The notes below the pieces were generated by a model. That model was given only the letters and a program-made list of their open reading frames with translations. It was not told where the DNA came from and made no database searches. A DNA stretch of 42,979 nt from Vitrella brassicaformis CCMP3155 (Eukaryota; Protista; Chromerida). The translations under genes were made by a program, and so were the position numbers. Positions 34,907 to 42,979 of this stretch are shown one piece after another. The stretch spans positions 1 to 42,979 of the forward strand of contig CDMY01000612.1 of NCBI GenBank assembly GCA_001179505.1, read 5' to 3'. The number at the start of each line of letters is the position of its first letter. The stretch's first letter is position 1.

Positions 34907-37410
34907 ATGTTCACGTGGTGGACGGACAAGCCGCCGAGAGAGAGCAACAAGAAGGACAAGCCCGAGAGGAACGAGCAGCCTCATGACTGGGATGCAGCCG
35001 AGCTGCTCACTGTCCTCCTCTGGTCGGGCGGCACCTTCGCAGTCCTGCTGTGGATTGCAAGCTACCTCAGGCGGCGGGACGGTGGCGACAATGCAGCTGA
35101 CTCATCATCGCCACGGCGGCTGCAGGAGGAGACCTTCACCTTCCTCATGCGGCTGCTGTCCTGCTCGCAGGTCAAGCACGTCACCTACCGGGGCGACGCC
35201 ATATACTTTTCCGACTTCAGAGGCCGCAATTATGGTGAGTGAGAAGATGGCTGCACACCCCCATCCCAACAAAGGCCAGAGTTTTCCTATGTTTTGTTGT
35301 GTGCGTGTGTGCGTTGTAGTGACTGGGACCGTCCCTGGCGCCGAGAGCAGCCTCTATGACGAGATCAGGTACGTGCAGCCCATCATTCCTTCAGCCATCG
35401 AACCAGCCATCGCATTGAACTCTGCGTGTGCTTTGATGAAGTCGGAAGGTTCCCGTGGTGCTGTCGGTCCCGATGTCGTTGACGCAGCCCCGGGAGGCCC
35501 TCTCGCCCATGTCGCTAATCTTCGAGGGCCTCTCCCTCCTCATAACACTCGGCGGGCTCCTGTGGATACTCGGGTGAGTGAGTGAGTGAGTGATGACACA
35601 CCGCAGACACCGCGGCCCTGCCCGGATCACCCTTCGCATCTTTGCGTGTGTGGCAGAGAGAGGGGCGGCTGGATGAACCAGTTCAAGGGCAGGAGATTGG
35701 ACAAAAGAGGTGAGAGTTGGATGACAAGCATGAGGCAGAAACGATCGATGAGTATGGCGGCAAACGTTTCTGTCTTCTCCCTTTCGCACACCACACACGT
35801 ACTGTACAGAGCATTCCTCGACTCAGAAGGTCGTTACCTTTTCGGACGTCGCGGGGCACCAGAGGACCAAGGGCGAGATGCAGCAAGTCATCGAATTCCT
35901 CAGAGACCCCGACAGGTGGGTGGGTGCCTATAGTCATCTTCCACCACCTACACACTCACACACAGGCATTCATCCATCCATCCCTCCATGGTATCGCATC
36001 AGCTTTTCGGCTCTCGGCGCGCGTGTGCCGCGTGGCATTTTGCTGGAGGGCCCAAGTGGGACGGGCAAGACGCTGCTCGCGAGGGCGGTGGCGGGGGAGG
36101 CTGGGGTGCCTTTCTTCTATGCGACGGCGAGCTCGTTCGTGGAGATCTATGTGGGCCAGGGGGCTGCAAGGGTGAGGGAGTTTTTTGACAACGCTCGCAA
36201 GAACGCCCCGTGCATCGTCTTTATAGACGAGATCGACGCTCTGGTGAGTGAGTGAGTGAGGGAGGGAGGGAGGGACCATCCATCCATCCATCCGTCTGTC
36301 TGCCCGGTCATCCATCGACTGTCCGTCTGTTCTGTCTCGCTCTTGCCTGTCCTCTCCTGTCCTGCCTGACCTGCCTCTCCTGACAGGGTGTGGAGCGCAA
36401 GATGCTGGCGGCTGCGTCACAGGAATACGTCCAGACGCTCAACCAGGTGAGTGCGGCACTCCTGTCTGCCCGGTCTGTGTGGATGTGTGGTGCTCCCCCC
36501 TCCCTCTCTCCCTACCTCAGCTGTTGAGCGAGATGGACGGCATCGAGAGGGACTTCTCCCTCCACGGCAACTTTGTTGTCGTCATGGCCGCAACCAACAG
36601 GTAGGATGCATCCAGCAAGGGAGGAAATGGGGCTGCTGTCTCTCTTTGTATGTGTGTCTGTCTGTGTGTGTGTGCACATCAGGTATGAGGTGCTCGATGA
36701 GGCCCTGACGCGTCCAGGTCGGTTCGACCGAGTGGTCACCGTCAGCATGCCCACACTCACCGAACGAGCCGGTCAGTCAGTGAGTGAGTGAGTGGGAAGA
36801 CACACAGACACCACACCGACACCACACAGACACCACACAGCACAGCACAGAGAGAACAACACAAGACACACACTCAATGTTTGTTGGTGTGCTGTCGTCA
36901 TATGTCAGAGATATGCCGCATCCACTGCGAGAGGAAGCGCCTGTCGGGCGACGTGGACCTGCTGCAGATCGCCAACCTCACTGAGGGATACACAGGTACC
37001 ACACCACCGACACCACTGCACACCACACACCCATGACATGACATGGATGCAGTCCTTCCTGTCCATCCATCCATCCATCCATCTGACCGTTGTGTGTCCA
37101 CCACAGGGGCAGAGCTGGAGAGCCTCTGCAACGAGGCAGCACTTGCAGCGGCCAGGGAAGGTATGCATATATGTGGGCAAGCCAGCGACTGACGTGTCAG
37201 ACTGTGCGCGCGCGTGTGTGTGGCCCACCCCCTGACCCACCAGGTGCAGGTGCGATGACTCAGGAGCACCTTCTGCGCATGGTTGATGAGTTCCTGGCGC
37301 GGAAGGTGCGGGTGCAGGCGGGGAAGGAGATGGAGATGCTCAACAGCTGGAGGGCAGCCACCAGACGGAGGCACCCGAGCGGGCGGGACTTTATGGATGG
37401 ACAGGACTGA
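34907..37410 (+). CDS. FtsH-like membrane-anchored AAA+ ATPase lacking the M41 protease domain
   Basis: Two TM segments ([22 protein letters not shown]; [20 protein letters not shown]), VTFSDVAG, Walker [14 protein letters not shown], pore loop FVEIYVGQG, Walker [62 protein letters not shown]. The stop at 37410 has no HExxH before it. The start is uncertain (34748, 34794 or 34907). Confidence 0.88.
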
Positions 37411-38670
37411 TCGGCTGTTAAGCCAACCATGCCATACGTACATGCCACCCATGACAGCTTTTCTCTCCGCTTATCCACACACACGGACCCGGAGAGGGGC
37501 AGAGAGGAGGCAGGGAGCTCGAGGCAGGCAGGCAGTGAGGGCGCGTCAATGGAGGAGTGCACAACGGTTGGTTGGTTGTGGAGCACTCACTGTAAGAGCG
37601 GGTTGGTGTGTTCGCAATCGATGTGCCAATGAGTGAGTCGATGGATCAGGCAGGTCCCTCGTCGAGCTGTAGTTACTAGACTAGCCTGCATGTCTTATAT
37701 CACACCATGATCGAGTCCGCCGTGAGAGACAAAGATCGTTACGTACACATCGGTGTTGCCTGCACCTCAGTCACCTCACTGCCCACTTCGCGACACACAC
37801 GTAAGTATGAAAAGACGGGTAGGTCACACACTCATTCACACAGACACACAGACGCCTAGCTAGACACACGCACACGCACAGGCACAGGCGCACACGCATC
37901 TAGACATACTAGAAAAGAGAACGAGATCATGACGCCAGCCAACACACAGCGGGCAGTGCAGTGATGATCTCGTTCAACATACTGTTGTATGGGCTGTGTG
38001 TGTAGACTCTCTGTTTTCAACACACAGAAATGTCATTCGGCTAGCCGGTCAGCCGGTCGGCGCGTCGGTCCATCCATTCCACCGCCGTGGTCCTCCTCAG
38101 GTCGTTCACATAGAAAACGACGCACGCGATCAAAATAAATCTGTTTCTCTGTCTGTCTGTCTGTCTGTCTGTCGATGACCTCACGGATGGAAAAAGCGCC
38201 CGCCCATGAGTCGCTTCGATCATCTCTCAGACGTCTGTCTCAACTCTCGGCTCTGCCTTTCTGCCTTTGTGTCTGCCGGCCCCCCTACTAAGAAACGTCG
38301 AGAACATCGCTCGACCAACAACGATTAAGAAGCTTCATCAAACATGTAACCTTCCACGTGGAGGCGGCCTTGCATGGTACCTTCCCCTCCCTCCCTCCCA
38401 GTCAGTGAGTCGGTCGGTCGGTCAGTGGCCCGCGAGAGCCACAGATAGCCACAGATGTGTTGTGCACGTATCTATAACGATAAACTAGCTGCATCCCCCC
38501 TGTCCGCTTGTCTGTCTGTCTGTCATTTACTCAGCCAGTGGGTGAGGATTGTGAGTGAGAAGTGAGAGTTGACTGAGTGAGTGGTGTGCCTTACTTAGGC
38601 TGCTTCACACCTTACCAGAAGGTAGAAGGTGGTGGTGAGCGGCCGGAAAAAGACCATACATGCCTGCTGC

Positions 38671-38727
38671 CATCCATCCGATGTATATATTGCCATCAAT
38701 CCGATGTATATATACATCGGATGGATG
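38671..38727. repeat. Perfect 20-bp inverted repeat (17-nt loop) overlapping a perfect 24-bp palindrome
   Basis: catccatccgatgtatatat (38671-38690) pairs with atatatacatcggatggatg (38708-38727). atccgatgtatatatacatcggat (38699-38722) is self-complementary. Confidence 0.9.
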
Positions 38728-39075
38728 CGCCGCACGATGGGGTGCACGTGGGTGGTGATCTGATCAACAGCGGAATAACGCATGAATGACATACAGACAC
38801 AGACACAGACACACACGCGTAAAGAGAGAGGGAGAGGGAGAGAGAGACCCTGCTGACAAATGGGCTCAAAACGCCTCCACCCCTCACATCACACACAAAC
38901 AGCCCGCAAGAAAACACATACCAATCATCCCCCCACTCACTCACCCATCCATCCATCCATCCACTCAATGATTCGCGTCGTCCCCCCTTACACAAAAAGA
39001 CAGACGATAGCAAGAAGCAAAGGTCCCCCCAAAAGCAAACGGGGCGTGGGGGTGTTTTGGTCAGCTTAGGCGCCT

Positions 39076-39223
39076 TCATTGAACGGGGACTGGCACCCTG
39101 CCCCCGATGATATTGGGGGCGTAGGCGCCGAACGAGAATATCAGCGCCGTCACCGCACCTGCAGACAGACAGGCCAGCCATTCGTCAAGTCAGCGGATGG
39201 ATGGATGGATAGATATGTCTCGT

Positions 39224-39260
<37 letters not shown>

Positions 39261-42200
39261 CCCTCTCTCTCTCTTTGCCCACATACGTACGTACCTGCGA
39301 AGATGAGTGTGAGGACCCATGCGCCGAACACGCCGATGAGGAGCTTCCAGTTGACCCCGGCCCTTTTCCATGTGCACATGTGGCCCTGCACAACACACAC
39401 ACACACGTGTGACATTTACTCGTGTATGTATCAGATGCACCGTTGAGCTGCTCGGGTGCCTACCGATTCGCTGTCTGTTTCGGTGAGTCCGACGCCCACG
39501 GTGGCTCCGACCTGGCAGTGTGTGGTGGACAGGGGGATGCCGAGGTTGGAGCCGATGATGATAATCCAGGCAGCACCTAACTCGATACAGAAGCCGCGGC
39601 TGGGCGTTATCTTGACCATCTTGACGCCGATCGCCTTGATCACCTGCACACACACACACACACACAGCCCACCCATTGTGTGCCTTAGAGTATTGACTGT
39701 GCCGTCTGTGCGTCCGTACTCTGTAACCGTAGAGCGCCAGTCCGACAGCGATGCCAGCGCCTCCGAAGGCGAGGACGTACAGGGGCGTCTCGACCTTGGC
39801 GACGGCCGCTCCGGCACTGTAGATACCCAGAATGGCCGCGAAGGGACCCACGGCGTTGGCCGTGTCGTTGCTCCCGTGACCCACGCAGTCGAAACACGCT
39901 GACAACACCTGCACACACATATACAGAGAGGGGCATGTGTGTGTCGCATTCCTCTGTTCATCGTTCATTGGGGATGGTCCTGTGTACCTGGCAAATGGCG
40001 AAGAATCGTTCGGTCCTGCCATCGAACGATTCGGTGGAGTCGTGGATGCGGGCGGCCGCCTTGCTCTCCTGCAGGGCGTCATCGTGCAGGTCCTGGTTGA
40101 ATGGCATCGACTGCAGACAGACAGACAGGCGCACACAGACGGGGAAGTGCTTGTGTGGCAATGTGTCCCATCACATCCGCTCGTTTGCTTACGTACCTCC
40201 CACATCTCCTCCGCGCGCGTCTTTTTCTTCTGCAGTTGGCCGTCCCCCGGCACCCCGGTGGGCTCAGAGTCTACGAGCTGGCCGTCCTTTTGCACACCGA
40301 TCGGCTGGATGGCATTGTGTGCCGAGTAGTGCTGTGGCGGCGTGATGGTTCCTGGGGAGGGGGTGGTCTTCTCGCTCGACCCATTGACCGCGCTCGTGCT
40401 CACGCCCTCCTCTACATCCTTCACCTTCGTCAGCTAAAGACACACACACACACACACACGCACACACACACATATCCCTCCCACCCTCCCTCCCCCCTCC
40501 CTCTGTGTGTGTGTGTGTGTGTGTGTGTGTACCTCAGCGTCCTTCTGGCTCTTGAGCACGTCGGCGTCATACTGCGCGAGGGCGGTCTTAGCCCACCACC
40601 AGATGGGAGCGGTGCAGATGGCGGCCGCCCCGACGGCCATGGCGAGTGTGATGCCCACAGCCGCACCGGGGTTGGACGTCGCCCACTTCTTGACGATGCC
40701 TGAAGCAAGCCACACGGAACAGTATGGCCGTCTGTGCTGGTGGAGAAGGGGCGTGTGTGCATGTGTGTGGCAAGGCGCTTGCGAGGCTTACACGGCTCCT
40801 TCGCGACGTTGTAGCCGAGGTCTTTATCGTACATCATGCACTCGACACCGGCCAGGTACCCGTTGTTCCTTCAGGACACATGGAGGGATGGATGGATGGG
40901 CCCGCACGTGTCTTTTGCGTGTGTGTATTGTGTTATGGTCTGCGGTCTCCCTCCCTCCCTCCCTCCCTCTCTCCGCTGCTTACTTGAAGACCAGGTAAAG
41001 GAAGAAGGTGGCGAACACCAAGAAGAGGAACACGGGGAGCATCCTGCGTGTGGGGGAGGGGCAGGGGTGGTGGCACAAGACACAAGCACCAACATACACA
41101 CATACACACATACACACATACACTCAGGGAGGGACGGGACGGACGGCCACAAAGGCTCTCATCTCATCTCATCCACCCCATCCACCCGCCCGCTTACCAG
41201 AATCCTCGGTTGACCGAGTCCCGGGCCTTCAGCACCAACTCACGAATGATGACGAAGAGAATCGCTGATCGTGATTGACGCAACCAACCAAGCAACCAAG
41301 CAAGAAGAACCCACGATATGTGGACGAACGAGTGGGTGTTGGCAGCGCAGCTCACCTGCTGCGATGCCCGACAGGATGGGCGAGATGAACCACGACGCAA
41401 CGATCATGCCGACCTGGTCCCAGTGGACGGCATTGATGTCACCCGTGGCCATTGAAAACCCTGCACGCAGCACACGCCATGCAGCACGCAAGGCACACAC
41501 ACAAGATGTTGAGTAAGCGAGGCCAGTCGTGCGTGTGTGTCTGTGTGCGCGTGTGTGCGTTGACGTACCCACGATGGAACCTATGATGCTGTGTGTGGTG
41601 GAGACGGGCCACCCGAGGTAGCTCGCCACCATCAGCCACATCCCCGCGCCAATCAGAGCACACAGCCTGCAACCGACCGACCGACCGACAGACACAAAGG
41701 GACATTCACACACATCTTGCACCTGTGTGTGTCTGTCTGCATGGCTGACTCTTTCTCCTCACACACACACACTTACATGCCGAACATGAGCAGCTCCGGG
41801 TTGTCGATGAAGACGTCAAAGTCGACGATCTTCTTGCGCACGGTGTCGGCCACTTGACCTCCAAGGAATGCCGCACCGACGAACTCGAGGATGGCCGACA
41901 GGAAGATGGCCATCTTGAGGTTGATGGCCTTGCTCCCGATACTCGACGCAAACTGATTCGCCACATCGTTGGCACCGATTCCTGCACACAGCCAGGCACA
42001 CCAGCACACAGATAAGGTTGTGTCTCTGTGTGCGCGTGGAGGCCCTCTTTCTCCTCTTTTGGCCCACCAAATGCCATGACGAAGCAGGCAATCCATCCTG
42101 ACACACACCAGACAACAGACAGACACGACTGACACACGTGTGTGTGAGGGAACACCCAACACCAAAAGCATGATCAGGGTCACATGCGACGGGAGGCGGG

Positions 42201-42261
42201 GAGAGATGGGACAGCAAGGGGGCTCACCTGCGACAACGATCCAGTAGTAGTCAGACACCAT
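39076..42261 (-). CDS. PiT/PHO4-family (SLC20-like) inorganic phosphate transporter
   Basis: Signature motifs IGANDVANQF and GHGSNDTANAVGP, plus LGWPVSTTHSIIG, ITPSRGFCIELG, LGIPLSTTHCQVGATVGVG and VNWKLLIGVFGAWVLT. Multi-exon, MVSDYYWIVVAG..PVPVQ*. Confidence 0.95.
40434..40532 (-). repeat. Intron with (AC)n at the donor and (TG)n at the acceptor (representative example)
   Basis: The sense strand reads GT(AC)n AGAG.. at the donor and ..(TG)n TCTTTAG at the acceptor; the arms are mutually complementary. Confidence 0.85.
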
Positions 42262-42505
42262 CTTCACAGACGCCTCCTTGCTCGGGAATGGGCGACGCTG
42301 GAGGGCTCACAGGGCTGCTTGTCTCGAGTGGAAAAGGTCCGTAGGTGGATCAATAGATTTGTGCTTCCCAGATGACAGATCTGTCGTGAGGTGATGTGGA
42401 GGACTCTCAAGTCGAAGCGACGACTGATCTGAGATCCGCTCCTTCAGAACGGTTAAACGCAGAGCTCTAAGGCTAGACGCTCGTGGGACTGGGACGAGTC
42501 GTTAG

Positions 42506-42979
42506 GCTGGTGGGGCTCAGCCACCGCTAGATGAGTCATTGCGTGCCCGCAGCTATCGTGATCGTGTCTGTCGTAGCCACAAGTCTGCTCGGGCCAGTGC
42601 GTTGTTGCGAGAGGTGACCCTTTCGCGCCGCCACTGCCCTCGCGACTTCTGGCGCTTGCTCTCCCCCCCTGGCACATCATCTCGGTTGCCTGTTGACTGT
42701 CCGTCAGCTGATGTGTTCGCTGGTGCGTTTGCCGAGCTTTTTCAAGGCCTCAATGTACCGTACTTCAATGCAATGTCTCCTGCGCTGGCTGAGCTGCTGA
42801 ATGAGGCGGTGCGTGGCCCGCCTTTAGCAGTCAGCTGGCAGGCACACCAACCCTTCACTTCTGTCGACCTGCATGGTGCCCTGACTAACTGCTCTAAGAC
42901 GAGTGCACCAGGCATGGATGGGATTACTTACTCTGTGGTCCGTCAAGTGGGGGACCCCCTACTGCATGATCTCGCTGCT
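42506..42979 (+). mobile_element. Non-LTR retrotransposon (LINE-like) ORF2 fragment: linker and start of the reverse transcriptase domain, running off the window
   Basis: An open frame runs from 42506 to the window end and is absent from the ORF track: ..SLRARSYRDRV..RHCPRDFWRLL..AFAELFQG..QPFTSVDLHGALTNCSKTSAPGMDGITYSVVRQVGDPLLHDLAA. PFT..L..AL....SAPGxDGITY is the characteristic pre-RT motif of non-LTR elements. No introns or microsatellites. Confidence 0.82.

Noticed and set aside
1-42979. rRNA, tRNA, CRISPR, prophage or operon features
   Set aside because: None recognised; the gene structure is spliceosomal and eukaryotic.

Overview
Intron-rich, GC-rich eukaryotic genomic DNA, not prokaryotic. 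Short introns are packed with (CA)n/(TG)n, (CAGA)n/(TCTG)n and (GGAT)n/(ATCC)n, and one gene has a bipartite signal+Phe transit leader. Together these suggest a chromerid alveolate such as Vitrella; this is an inference. By hand-splicing I reconstruct these genes in order: a 5'-partial multi-pass membrane protein (+, 2-1732); an unknown NLS-bearing protein with a possible pRiA4b ORF-3/MM3350-like domain (-, 3210-5822); an NHL-repeat + BTB protein (+, 5894-9459); a PTC7-type PP2C phosphatase with a very long low-complexity N-terminus (-, 14624-20450); an intronless, probably plastid-targeted HAD hydrolase (+, 20904-22355); a small secreted protein (-, 23260-24149); a pseudogenised copy of the unknown gene (+, 24557-27159); a very large ankyrin/coiled-coil protein (-, 27590-34740); an FtsH-like AAA ATPase with no M41 protease domain (+, 34907-37410); and a PiT/PHO4 phosphate transporter (-, 39076-42261). 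The start of a non-LTR retrotransposon RT ORF, which the ORF track missed, lies at 42506-end (+). Three structural highlights stand out. First, a ~3.3 kb inverted duplication (2588-5881 / 24500-27793) whose gene content looks like the scar of an ~18.6 kb inversion. Second, introns with polarised, mutually complementary microsatellites at their 5' and 3' ends. Third, several introns that fit best with GC donors. Exon boundaries are manual and some are uncertain. No database searches were run.
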